A stretch of DNA of 64,000 bases from NCBI RefSeq assembly GCF_021869535.1, contig NW_026262593.1:28458001-28522000 (forward strand), in the 5' to 3' direction. The DNA comes from Mytilus californianus. Its lineage: Eukaryota. A program made the position numbers and the translations under genes. Positions 42,995 to 56,558 of the stretch are shown here, one piece after another. Position 1 is the stretch's first letter. The number at the start of each line of letters is the position of its first letter. The notes below the pieces were generated by a model. The model searched no databases, was not told where the DNA came from, and saw only the letters and a program-made list of their open reading frames with translations.

Positions 42995-43400
42995 GAATTT
43001 CTGGGTACAGTTTCAAAGGAATTTTTTGCTGATGGTATTTATAAATGTTGTCCAGAATATTCTAAACAACTCTATACTATGCATGGCCTTACGAATGGAA
43101 GTTATATTCCATCAGTATGTTGTTTATTACCGTCAAAATCAGAGGCTTGTTACAAGAAAATGTTTTCCTTAATTGACAAAAGTTGCAAGAAATTTAACCT
43201 GTCCTTGAACATCAACACCATTTATCTTTATTTTGAAGAACGAAAGCATAAAACAGTAAGAGACATATTTCCAAACGTCGGCATTAAGTCTTGTAGATTC
43301 CATCTTGATGAGGCTATGTGCAGGAAAATACAGAATTTTGGTCTTGCAAAAGAATAAAAAGAATACAAGAAAAATGGAACTGACATCAGTAAATGATTCA
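42995..43400 (+). pseudogene. MULE (Mutator) transposase remnant
   Basis: FFADGIYKCCPEYSKQLYTMHG..CLLPSKS..YFEE..FPNVGIKSCRFHL..RKIQNFGL; the DFE Asp appears replaced by Tyr; stops on both sides. Confidence 0.85.
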
Positions 43401-44099
43401 AGGAAAGTCAATCATTTAGTAGATATAAATATATGGAAATAAGCTGTTGTCCAAATGATTTCATTTTTGGCGCAAATAGATATCTGCCAAAATTTGATTG
43501 TTTGGATCAAGTTTTGGCAAGTTATTAGACATACGTTTATGTTCAGAAGAAATTCTCCATTAAAAGTGGAAGAAATTTCTAAAAATTACATGAAACGTAC
43601 AAACTAGGCAATTTAGACCATCAAATATTTATAGTTATTACAGAATATCATTAAAATTTAAAATGTTTCAAATTAGTCATTTTCCAAAAAGTTAAAGAGA
43701 AGCAAAAGATGCCAAATTATGATATATTAAAAAGTATTAAAAAATTTCATCAAGTTATTTTTATTTAAACTTGAACATTTAGTACAAAAGTAAGACAAAA
43801 CTAGCAAATACAGACGATAATTAATAATTGACCCAACAATTGTAATTTTCATATTTCTTGAATGAATTTTGATTAAGAGTAACCATCTCTACCTTAATAA
43901 ACACTAATTTTGATATTAACTTTCTGACAAATTAGACAGTCGGTTTTTCAATTGGAACTACCTATGCACCCTTTTTTATCGTCTTGTATTCGTCTGTATT
44001 CACATAGACCCTTCTCAAAGACAAAAGAAAAAACATATGGCATTTTTTTTATTTTAGTTTCAGATATATTGATGATATCCAGTCTCTCAAAACCACCTA

Positions 44100-44160
44100 A
44101 AGGGTCTCGTGGTAGCGTGCTCGCTTCGAGTGCGGGAGGTCGTGGGTTCGAACCCAATTC
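44100..44160 (+). mobile_element. Truncated tRNA-derived SINE head
   Basis: ggtagcgtgctcgcttcgagtgcgggaggtcgtgggttcgaaccc; homologous to the head of 61935-62090. Confidence 0.65.
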
Positions 44161-45159
44161 ATGTCAAGAAATTGACACTACATAAGTTTCACGGTCAACA
44201 TCACGTAATGGTTGACCGATACGATTTTCAATTGTCTCTCTTCACTAGCGTCGTGTTTTTGCGGTTTTTTTTATCTTTAGAATTATAGTAATCGTCTTAT
44301 CTGTAAATTTACCGATTGTGTCCAATTTCCGATTGTGACATTTTGACTGAGTGCGGATTCGCATGTCGAACAATACATCCAAAGCATGGACCGCTCATGC
44401 TGTCGAAGCACTCGGTATCGATCAATTTAAAGTTTAGACGATTCCTTCAGTTATCGTTTTTAACTTGACTAATCATCTTAATAGATTTACGAAATTGAAA
44501 AATCGGTTAGCTACTGTCACCTCTAATAATACACGCAGGAAAAAAATCAACAGGTTAGAGTTGAAGCTATGATAACATAATCCAATCGAATTTCTTATGA
44601 ATCAATAACGTTGACCAGTCTTCATCATAATAAGTGATAATGGTAAATTGGATAGGGAGAAGAGATCCTTAATATTCTATTGCAATAACGACCTAGTTAT
44701 TCTATCTCCCATTTGCGTATCTAAAGAAATGGAAAATTGTTGACTTTATACAGTTAATTCACTCTATTAAAACGTTCACTTGTGAGCAAAACATACACTG
44801 ATAATAAGAAAATCATTTCTAAAAGTATTGGAAAAAAATCTTGGTATTGTCATAAAGAGTATTTAAATGAAAAATGGACATCGAGTTCCCTCACAATACA
44901 TAATGACACTATTAGTTATTGAGTTCAACTAATGATCTAATTAAGAAATTAATAGAAATTATGGAAAGACATTTCCTGTGTATTGTCAATAAACCAGTTT
45001 GTTGGCAGATACAGTGGTTTCATTGTAATGACAAAATGCTGACGCCATATTTTTTTTAAAATTCATATAATTCTTCATGCTTCTTGATATGCCTTAAAAC
45101 CAGCTTCCAATGAGGAATATAATCTCAATTGTCGACACACTGTGTGACATTCCAAGTCA

Positions 45160-46520
45160 TTCAATAAATTCCTCAAATTGGTTGTGTCTCTCATGTCTGT
45201 GATGTATGAACCAATTTTGTGAAAGGTACTTGGGTGTCATTGTGCTGGTGAGTTCTGGTGAGAAATCAGATGTACCACAAAAATCTTCTAATGTCCTCTT
45301 AAATTCCATCTTCCTAAAGTCAAGGATTTAAGCTTTGGGTTTAATTATGCTCTTGCAGCCGATCTAATTTTAGCAATTCATTGTCACTTTGATGCATTAC
45401 ACTTCAATCTCTGCTAAGTGGTACCTCAAAATTGTATCATGCTGTGTACTACATATATGACATGACATACAAATACTAGTAGTATGTCATGGGAGGTATG
45501 GTCCTTTAGTGATGGAGAAAACCATTTGCTCTCTTTTGGAACTACTTGTTTTCTAACATAGGAATCTTTCGACCCACAAACAACATAAAAGTTTTCTTTC
45601 TCTTGTAGATAACAATCATCTTTATATGTTGGACGATCTCATGCCTAGTTAAAATCTTAATTGTACTGTAAATGGGTGATCATTTACTTTGTCTGATAAA
45701 TCCCTTTCTATATGCTATTCTTTTTTAATATTACAGATATGCAAACATTCTCCATCAGTAGATAACAGATAGCATGTGTAGTACAGTGGTCTTTGTCTTA
45801 CTAAATAGACTCTAGTTACTTTATCTTTTGCAGACATCTGTTCCTTATGTGTTGGTAGCGGTCCTTAATAAGTAGTATTTTAGAAGTCCATGATCCCACA
45901 TCATTCACATTCACTGTCCCTTGAATCAAAGATATCGTAAATGTCAAACAACTGTTTCATCAACAACTGTGAAAATATCATCTATATGAATTTCCCAGGG
46001 AGTTTTTGTTATTTTACTTTCAACTTCGTACTTTATTTTGCCTTTTAACTTTTTGTATTCGATTGTCACTGATAAGTCATGTGTAGACATAACGCACGTC
46101 CGGCGTACAACATTACAATCCTGGTTTGAGTTTTTTTCTGCATCATTAGCTGCGTATTCTATATGTTCTAATACATCTTCAGCTTCCCATACTCCACATC
46201 TGATATGGTAAATTTTATCTAACATAATTCCTCATAAACTCTCCTCAGCTTGTCAGTATAATCCTTTACTACGACAGGTGTATATTCTTCTGATTCTGTT
46301 AAGGAAATGTCTTAAATCTACACGTCCTCTTGCATGTTTTTATCTGCAATATATCCTTCATTGAATTGGGTAAAAAGTCCATTCGATCCAATCGAATCAA
46401 TGCACCTTATCCACGTTGTCTTGCAAGCTGCAACAAAGCAACAAGACGCTTCTTATCACTGACGGTAACCCATTCACAATCTAGTCCTAAAATCTTTTTT
46501 GACAGCATTTATAAATATTT
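45160..46520 (-). pseudogene. EXD2: Intronless EXD2-like 3'-5' exonuclease pseudogene (probable retrocopy)
   Basis: Collinear motifs ILGLDCEWV (46470-46490), VALLQLA, RGRVDLRH, LDKIYHIRCGVWEAE..YAANDA (ends 46139), RPLYYTCYLLSTDGE, KENFYVVCGSKDSYVRKQVVP, KDHTSHDILL, MTPKYLSQNW; several stops, frameshifts and deletions. Confidence 0.85.
46063..46106 (+). repeat. Inactivated hammerhead module inserted in the EXD2 pseudogene
   Basis: CUGAUAA and AUAA replace CUGAUGA and GAAA; module spans about 46016-46133. Confidence 0.7.
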
Positions 46521-48219
46521 GGTAACTATGTCTATAAGGAATATTTTCTATTCCTGTATCCTTCTATATGGTTTACACATCTCTATGTCTATACGTTTAA
46601 GTATGACCATGCTGCCAAACCTCAAACTCGCACAGTATCAATAATTCGACCTATCACAAAACCGACTGTTTATTTTTGGTTACTTCTAAGATCTCTAACT
46701 CATAGATTTTCAAAACTTTCAGTATTTCAAAATTATTTGTTTCATGTGCGAATCCATTTAAGCAAATAATACACAGAAACATAAAAAAAGTATTTCTAGA
46801 GTGATTGAAAATAATCTCATTCTGATTAGTTCAGTGGTATTTTCATGAACTGTGTATAAATGAAACATGGACATCGAATTCCCTCACAAAATCTTATCAC
46901 ACACTATTAGTTATTTGAGTTCACCTAATGATCAATTGAGAAAGTATGAAAAGACGTTACAGCAGTAGTTATTTTAAATAAAAAAACGCATTAGTTCTTT
47001 CTATCTATTTTTGCACATTCTATACGTTTCAGATTCATCGCATATCAACTTCCTGTGTATCGAATACTATTGTTAATAGGCTTCATGTGAATATGCTTTA
47101 CCATGTGATGTGGCTTATCAACTTCATGTTTACCAAAAACTTATATTCTAACACATAATTGCCATGTATGAAATTTTCATCACATTTTCTAGAGAACTAT
47201 AACAAAGAGCTTCCTTGAATTTATTTTTAGGCTTCATGAGAATATGCTATACCATTTGATGCGTTTTTAAATACATCGCTCATCAACTTCATGTTTATCG
47301 AATACTTATATATTCTAACACATAATGTCCACGTAAAAAGAATCCGTCGCATCTCACCTAAGACCTACAGTAGAGAGGACCCTGAAATTTATTATCACAT
47401 TTATGTGAACATGCTTTACCGTGTGATGCGTTTTCACAAAGACTGCTCTTCAACTTCCTGTTCATCTACTTAGAGTGGAGGTATCGCTAGTGAGCAGTAT
47501 CTCACTGTTCTGTTCTGTTCTATTTTGGTTTGTTCGTTCTGTTCTATTCGGTGCTTTCCGGTTTTGTTCTGGCCTGTTCTGTTTGGTTTTATTTATTTTT
47601 GTCATTTTCCAAAGCGCACTTAATGTTTTTAAAATCCTGGATACCTAATATCAGAAAATTTAGAAAAAAAGGTTCTTGCTAAATTTATCAGAAATGATGT
47701 AAATAAAGGCATCAGTAGTATACCGGTGTTCAAAAGTAATAAATCGATTGAGATAAAACAAATCCGGGTTACAAACTAAAACCGAGGGAAACACATCAAC
47801 TATAAGAGAAAAACAAAGGAACAACAGGAACACTGAAGTGCAACAAAAACAAACGCCAACATACATAGAAACGAACTATTTGATAACAACTGCCATATTC
47901 CTGACTTGGTACAGTACATTTTAAGAAAAATTGTGGGTTGAACCTGGTTTAATGGCTATCCAAACCTCCCGCTTTATGACGATGTTAAAAAATATATCGC
48001 TAAAATGACAATACTACATGACAGAAATACAGCACAAACACACGTAAGAACATTCATCATAGAGAAACGCACAAACAAATAATATGATAGTCGACACAAC
48101 ATGCAAACCGCAGAACAACAACGAACATATTCCATCATCGACAGACACCACAGGATATCAAAAGCAGTGACGCGCTAACGTAATTAACATGCAATCTCGA
48201 ACTTTATACAATTATTTTC

Positions 48220-48630
48220 ACAATACTCGGCCAAACAATTTTCATGACAATGATGATATTGAAAGGCAATTTTATAATTTTTTGGACTACAAACGATAAG
48301 ACATAACACATTATCCAACCGAAAATATAACAGAAAAATCAAAAATTTATACATGTATATTTGATGTAGAAAATACCGAGACACGTCGTAAAGCAATGCA
48401 AATTCATACTCGGTATAACAGTCATATTCGGGAATATGACAATGATGGTACTGAAATGCAATTTTATAATTATTTAGACAACAAAAGATAAGACGTAACA
48501 CATTATTTAACCGAAACCATAACAGAAACATCAAAAATAAATACATGAATGTTGGATGTACAAAATACCGAGACACGTCGTATAGTCATGCAAATTCACA
48601 CTCGGTATAACAGTCATATTCGGGAATAGG
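48220..48630. repeat. 192-bp tandem duplication, about 2.2 copies
   Basis: gacaatgatg anchors at 48246 and 48438. Confidence 0.85.
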
Positions 48631-51600
48631 TCACGTTCGGTACTTAGCAGACAGACAACATAGATGTTAAAGATGTAAAGTCGACATAAGCTGTCAATCT
48701 GAATTTTACGACATCCAATTTGTTGCCATTTGAAATCAATGAAGAATCTAAATTATCTTTTGTCTGAATGTCGTCTTCCGTTCAATAAACATCACAGAAT
48801 TTATAACTTTGTAGTAAGTTTTATTTTTGTTTAATGCAAGTGAAGCCGTAAAACGTCTAGATAATGTGATTTCCTTCCTGGTAAAAATAAGTTACCTCCG
48901 GTCATAAAATACTTTTGCGATTCTGTCATTATAACTGAGGATAGATAATCATAATCATTACATTTAGTGACTGGAATAAAACATATAATTGTGTGGCTAG
49001 GACTAAATTAAACAAAGTTTTTCTCTTGTCCAAAGCCTTCAGGTGTCTTGTCTCGATCAACTCGGGGATATATGCCAAATTGTTTTTCTTTTTAGGGAAT
49101 TACTGCAAAGGAAAATTTCGTAATTTTATTTCTGAATTGAATAATTACAGTCTTTCATGTGGAATGATAGTTACATAGCATTATAAGACATTATTGCGAA
49201 CCCACGGACTGTGCAACTCGGCCTATTCGTGAAATATGAAATACTAATATTTCCAATGTGATCGACTTGACCTATTCAAAGCCTATGTGTCACAATTATT
49301 TTCTTCGAAGCATGCACTTGATAAAAATTGTCGAAACAAGCATATATGTTGTGCATGTTTCATTTTTAAGTTTACAGCATATAAGATTTTTGGTTTTTAA
49401 TAAAATACAAATTCTAATGTAGCATTCATTATTTCTTTCATTATTAACTACCTCGGAAATCTTACCACTCAAAATTTCTCTACAGATACTTAAACAACGC
49501 CAATAATGGAAGATTGTGAAAGCATCGTAAATAAAATACAGGTCAACAACGGACTAGGAAACATATGACAAATATTCCGGTTTATTGATTAAATTACATA
49601 ACATCAAATTAGAAAAACAAGATGGAGTTTCTTACTTAATGAACTAATCCCCGAACTTAATCGTGCATTAAAGTTCCGGAATCTTTCAGATACAATATTA
49701 CGATTTGTACGCTTTTCTGGATTTTTTACTGAATTAAACAGAATTGAGCAAATTAAATGGCATCCTTGATGGTTCTAATGTAACGCTTGGTATCATTCTT
49801 GGATATGATGTATGTCCTAAATGAAGAGATCCGATAGAGTTGTCTAATTACGCTGCCCGATTCTGACAAGTGCACGTTACGTTGTAGTGGTCTTATGAGC
49901 CGATGGGGATACGCACTATGACCCGGAATACAAATTTGGGAAATACATCACGATTTCCATAAATTTTAGGTTAAGCTAATGGATACAATTTCATGTTATT
50001 GACGACAGATGTATGACATTAACGCTAAACTGTTCTTGTCCGTAAATTAGGCTTAAATTTTCATCGACTGCACAATTTTCAATCTCAAGAAATTACCCCC
50101 ACGATAAAAGAATGTTCAAATCTGTATTGTGTTGCTATAAATCACGACCGCATAAGATTGGTCATTTATTGGACCATTAGACGTTCAGTAGTGAGCAATC
50201 AATAAAAATTCAATTCAGTTTTATTGGATTATATAATTAATGACATTTGAAATTTTGTTCATTTCGTTACTTATAAATGAACGTCTTATCCATTAACGTT
50301 TTACTATATCCCGACGTTGATGGAGTTTTGTGGTTTCAAGGTTTAGTTCAAATATCAAAAAGTAGTTTATGAAATATAAAGAATAAATTATTATTAATCG
50401 AAATGAAGAATTTAATGACACCAACGTGGGAATGAAAAATACCTTAAAGAGTTACTAATAAGTGTTTTACCTTTAATTATATAGATTCAAAACAAGCTTA
50501 CATTAACTTAATTTGAACTCTGGTGTATATGTATATTTGTCTCATTGGCAATCATACCACATCTCCTTATTTTATAAGGTTTTATATTGCGACAAGTTTA
50601 CATGGAATAATAACTTTAGCCGATTAAACAGTAAGCAAAAACTTAAGGATGAAACCTACAAAAACAAACATTTATTTTTCAAAGTATGCCTAAAATCACC
50701 CACTGGTCAAAAAAATATCTGAAAACTAAAACTTCCCGCAAATGAATGCAAAGAAGAAGACATGCAATCTTTGCAAGGCTAGATAAACGGGATCAAACTA
50801 CCTTTCTGCAATTGGAAGAATGGTCTTATCAACTGTTACACTACTAGTATATACAAAATGTGTTCCAAGACATACTAAAAATAACAGAACAGACCTTAAA
50901 TAGATACTCAATACTGGAGACCGGGGAAAATACTCATACCGTGTAGTAAACTATATAAAATTCCACCCGATGACAAAATGTGAAACAATTAAAAATAGAC
51001 AACCAAAAGCCTTAATTATACTACAACAACACACACACACACAAAAACATCTGTAACACTACTAGTATAAAAAAAAATATGTTCCACGACATACGAGGAA
51101 TAACAGAAGACAGTATCAGTATCAGTCCGTCCAGGAAATAAATATTCCATAGTCTGAATATGAAAATAAAGAGATTTGTCATTAATTGCCAATGGGACAA
51201 CTAATCATAAAATACCAAGTTACAAAGATGAGAAAATTACAGGTCCTCGACGTCTTTAACAGAAAATAAAACCCATACCTATAGTAAATTATATAAAAGG
51301 CCCTGCGATGACAAAATTTAAAACAATTAAAAAGAAAAACCAAACGCCTTAATTATAATACGACAATATACAAAAAACAACTATGGCATATAACAATCAA
51401 AGATCGCGACTGGATTACTAGCTCTGAACATGCTTAAAGTTAAAACTGGTTAAATCAAAAGTTTTTTTACAATGCATCTATCAATGGCTCAAAATTTGGT
51501 TCAGTTTTCCCAGTTTATATATGCAATTGTCTGCGTGTAACGGAATATAGTATTTCCGTAGGCTGTACTAATATGCATGATACCATTACTCTACATGCTG

Positions 51601-53020
51601 GTGTAGTCTATCTTTGTACTATTTATTTCACATTTCCTTATTCTTATATATTCAACCATTTTTTGTGTGTCACAAGTTTTACAGCTCTCAATATTTTACC
51701 TAAAGTTCAAACTTCAAGAGAACCATGTTTATCCTGAACTCTACATTTATCACCTTCCTACATGGAAATTATTAACCAATGTAGTGACACATGACATTCC
51801 GGAAGTAATTACTAAAAATAGCATTCTGGTTTTCAGAAATCTTCAATAGGCATACTATGTACCTCGTCTACTTTTAAATTGTAATGCAAAGTTTATTTGC
51901 TCAAAATGGTCAAAATATATCTCCTTCCGCAAAAGTTTCATTTATGGTAATTCATTTGCTACTTTTAAGTAATCAACAACATAACAAATACTATTTTTGT
52001 CAAAGCAGAGCTACTTTTACATATGTTCTAAATGTGAGCGCGTGGGCTGGTGGTGTAACACCTATACTTCTGAGTAAATGATGCAGCAACACTATGAACA
52101 TGCAAAATCGTGTTTCTGTTTAGAGATTTACATGCCCACTGCTGTAGGTCCTAACAAAATTATATCGCCAAATAAACGAATACTTTGTTGTGCCATTCAT
52201 GTCCTTACACATATCCTCAGCTCTCAAAACTATCTTACAGTGCTTTAGATCTTTGAATGGTGCATGCTTTTGCAGACAACAAAGATATCCTGTCAATTCA
52301 ACAAAAACAGTGCAGTTAATGTGTCGTTCGGAAATATGATGACATGAAATATAATAAATACAACAATTACACTGTTAAAAAGGAAATATCATTGGCAGTC
52401 AACGAACAAAACGGCGACCAAATACGCAATTAGCTAAAATACACAGGCTCATTAACTTAAGTAAATGGATTTTTACAAACATTTTGATCAGAACCGGTGT
52501 TTCTTCCATTTGTTATACAATGTTTTCAATGGATACTAAATACATGCTAATGTAAAATCAAAATTGATTGCTATCAGTGAATGTTTTAATTAATGATTTC
52601 ATTTTTTATCATGGTGTGATTGTGTCATCTTTTTATGTTCAGATTGGTCAACAAAAATGAATGAAATAACTGTATTTGCTAATGTTATTACGAGAACCAT
52701 ATGGAAGACGAGTTGAAAGCAAATATAAAATTTGGCAAAAAACATCATGATTATTCTATTTGTGTTTGAACACCAGCCAGTCCAGCTCAGTCATATTGGA
52801 TATTGGACAGGAACAACAGATCGATCATTATATTGTATTGAGACGTAATTTAAGTAAACAGAGCACGTTTTGGAATTGAATTTAAATTTGTCTCTATTGA
52901 AAGGCAAAGTACACGAAATTGGGTGATATTTCAGATTTTGATTAAATTTTCAGAATGCATTTAGAAATGCTCTTCAACTTCGTACTCAGTTTATTTGACC
53001 TTTTAACTTTTTTTGATCGA

Positions 53021-53066
53021 GCGTCACTGATGAGTCTTTTGTAGACCGTCGAAACGTGCATCTGTA
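53021..53066 (+). ncRNA. Degenerate type I hammerhead (4-nt insertion before GAAA; stems I and III decayed)
   Basis: gcgtca-ctgatga-gtcttttgtagac-cgtc-gaaa-cgtgcatc, preceded by the family leader aatgctcttcaacttcgtact. Confidence 0.6.
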
Positions 53067-56000
53067 GCTTTTATACTTCCAGAGATATAGTCCCAGTCAG
53101 GATTCTACTTCGTCAAAATTATCTCCCCATTACGCAACTATTTTTTACAATCGTAAAAATGGAAGCCATTGTAGAGATGACGCGCTGCCAATTTAGCTCT
53201 TGAAAACCGATAAATTTATCCACATAGCACCATTACGATCCTTATATGCCAGTTGTATTTTAAAAGACAAATGTATCTACTAGCTATAAAGTCTGTCGTC
53301 AAGAACTTTTAGTAATAATTTGTTATTCGAACACACCTGATCTGCTGTTATGACTCATTAGATATTTCACTTGACCCATATATTTCATTTTTTACATCGC
53401 GATGACCGTGAGGTCATTTCGATGTATTGCTATCGCCTAAATTTCCATTATGCAAATTAGTTTTGGGTTTTCAACCGATCTATAAAAATTATAGATCCGC
53501 GCGGTCATTATCTAGTGCAAAATAACATTACTTATCGCTTGTTTCAGATTCATTTTTTCAATGGATACTCCTATAAATATTTTTATTAAAACACAAATTA
53601 ATAATATGAAAATGTGTTGTCGTTAGTTATATATATAAAAGTAAAAAATCATTGATGATATCTATGCACACGTACCGAAAAATTGTGTTAAAGCTTACGG
53701 AAGAATATCTCAAGAACGTTTTGCGACACTCCCGGCAAGGACAGATAACTCTGTTATTGTTTTGCGGGAAAATATGAATGGCTTCTCATATCCAATCTTT
53801 TAGAAAAATCAATTTTTTTTACAGAAGAGTGTCCACCATGCACTTGCACTGCACTATAATTAGAATAGTAGAATAGAATGATATACAAATAGATGAAAAT
53901 TATATATACATGCAACCGTAATATTAATATAATATATAACAACAAACCAGTGTATACTCTGGGACTATTATTATATTAGTATAATAGTCCCAGGTATACT
54001 GATTTGTAATATAATAGTTATAACGGTGCGGTTGAATTTCCTGTCATTTATTCATCATCCATGCACGAACTTGTATCAGAAAAAAATATATCTCTGTAAA
54101 TTAACCTCAGTTTCGGGTATAGAGATGTGATAAATTTCTGTGACATGTGCTTTTGACCATCCACAAGAACCTGCGGTCATCCGATGTTCAGTACTTCAGT
54201 ACTTTGATTTAGTACTGTGAACTTTTAATGTTATTAAGTCAACCTGTAGTCTAAATTTATAAAAATAATAGAATCTGAAGCGAGATGATGTATCAAATAT
54301 TTTTGCTTTATACGTTTTCAAGACAGAATAGTCAACTCGAACACGACCGAACATAAAAAAGGTGCACTCGACTTTCTCTTTTATGAAATTATTGCCCATT
54401 TTTAGGATTTATTTCCAAAAAAATGTCGCCGGGGGCAGAGATGCAAATTAATGCTTTAAAAAGATCAATCTATTATCTTTCTGTAGAATTTTTTCCGGCG
54501 GAATTTATGCTTATGCACAAAAAAGATCCACTTGTATATGCACCTACCACAATCGACTGTTTTATGAAAATTTGTCTATAATTTAAAAGTTTACAAATAT
54601 CTCGAAGCTCCATACTATAATTGAAGTAAAAACACGTATATAAGATGCATAAATTATGCACCTTTTTTAAACTTTTAAAGCCCATAGAAACAGATTTAAA
54701 CAATTAAAATATACCAATTTGGCTTTTTTACCTTCTCTAACAAAGAGTTCCATTTCTTTTGTTTAATTTCAACTGGTTTTCCGCCTGAGTCCATTAAACA
54801 TCTATGAAAAGGGTCTATAAATAAAGGGAATGTGCGTGAAAACCGGCGAAAAGTATGCATATTTTTCACTTTATATTGCGTTATCTCAAATATCTGTCCA
54901 CATAATTTTTATTAGAAATGAAATGTTATTAATGTAAAAAAAAATGTTTTAATGACATGAAAATATTAGTGGTCACCGTATATGTTTTTTGCTGTCTCAA
55001 TCATTGGAGTATGAGTGACGGATGTATGCGGATGTATGGAAAAACATGAAAAAATACAATTTTTGAAACAATTTGCCCTAGTCGCCATGTGTGTGCTTAC
55101 TCGGAATTAAGCCACAATTTATCCATCAAACCATAATTTAGTTTCATCAATATAACCATAACTATTTTTTTTATTTGTTTATAATGGATCGGAGAATTAA
55201 TTGTCTTTCCTTTTTTAGATTTCCAACCATCACACAAAGACTTCCAAAATACTATGGATGAGTGAAAAAGACAAAAAAATCGTTATAAAAGTAAATCGAG
55301 TACACGGAAATTGTCTTGGATAAGCATAAAGTGTTCGGAGTGGCTATAATAGTGCTAGGACTATTTGTCCGGCCATTGCAATGCGCATGTCACTTTATGT
55401 GCGTGTAATATTATGTTCGGCATCACTAGGGGTCGCGTGTAATCCGATCACAGATGTTGAGATCATGGCTGAAAACGGCAATATCAATATTTTTGATAAA
55501 TTTTCCTGTTTTCAGAATTTGACAAGCGAATACGATAGTATGAACTTCAAAGAAATATCTAATTTTATAAAAGGGACTCAAAAATAATTGAAATCACAAG
55601 GAAAAAGGGAATTAAAAGGTAATAGGTCGGATAACTATAATTTTACCAAATTCGACTCGCTATAGCTGTATTATATACAATAAATGGTGGAAAAGATTAT
55701 CAAAGGATCGCGAGTAATGAGAAAGGCCTTACAAACGCATGTCTAACTTAATAATATTTAATTATATTCCGAAAATGAATCTTGCAAGTTGCCGTAGAAC
55801 TCAGTGGAGGGGAATGGCACTCTCTTTGAAAGTGGGATATAGGGGGTTACAAAAAGTGGGGATGTCGGATATAGGTTGTAAAAAGTGGGATATGGAATAT
55901 AGGGGACAACATAGGTGGGATCTAGGGAAAAAAGAAAAGGATTTGGGAAAAAGGCACCCCGTGTCACCCCGACCCCTCACGTAGTGCATTTCTTTATAAC

Positions 56001-56510
56001 AATAAATGCAATTATAAAAAAATAATCCCACCTGGGATTTCTTATAAAGATTTTTACAGTTTTGTTTACTTTTTTGGGGGACAAATTATAGAAAAATCTA
56101 CCACCTCTCACTCAAACTATGGATAACTTTATGATAAGGGGGTCTATAATTCTGTTTGATACCATCAGACATAACAATTTAATTTGTACCTTTTTCTCAA
56201 CTAGACCAAATTTGTACCTTTTTCTCAACTAGACCAAATCCTAACTTTAACTTAAAACGCATGAGTCAATCAAATTTGTTTTACAAGTAATTTCTTCCCT
56301 CTTCTTACTATTTGAAGCCATATATAAAGAAATAAATTTGGAATGTGTATGAAAAACATTTGCAAATTATACGTTGTCCACATTGGACTGTATGTGTAGA
56401 CAACAACAATTTCAACTACCAGTAACAAAATTGGGGCCTAACAATTTAAAATTGCTTTTTAAATGTCCATATATGTAATTTGCGACCTCCTAGTGCTGTT
56501 GATAATATTA

Positions 56511-56515
56511 CACGC

Positions 56516-56556
<41 letters not shown>
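56511..56556. repeat. (CA)n microsatellite
   Basis: Read directly. Confidence 0.95.

Positions 56557-56558
<2 letters not shown>

Noticed and set aside
44100-44160. tRNA gene
   Set aside because: It has a B box but no complete cloverleaf or acceptor stem, and matches the head of the SINE at 61935-62090.
45944-46225. 93-aa ORF as a functional EXD2-repeat fusion protein
   Set aside because: It begins inside the exonuclease domain after upstream stops and runs into an AT-rich repeat insert; most likely open by chance.
48184-48576. 130-aa hydrophobic ORF with an internal repeat
   Set aside because: It is explained by the 192-bp tandem duplication of AT-rich DNA, with no splice signals or homology recognised.
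52131-52166. IILLGPTAVGM, resembling a MiaA/P-loop motif (minus strand)
   Set aside because: It lacks the GK(S/T) lysine, is followed by a stop, and has no further similarity.
55200-55630. Acceptor-like sites at about 55218 and 55515 suggesting another gene
   Set aside because: All frames stop quickly or lack recognisable homology, and no consistent exon chain could be built.
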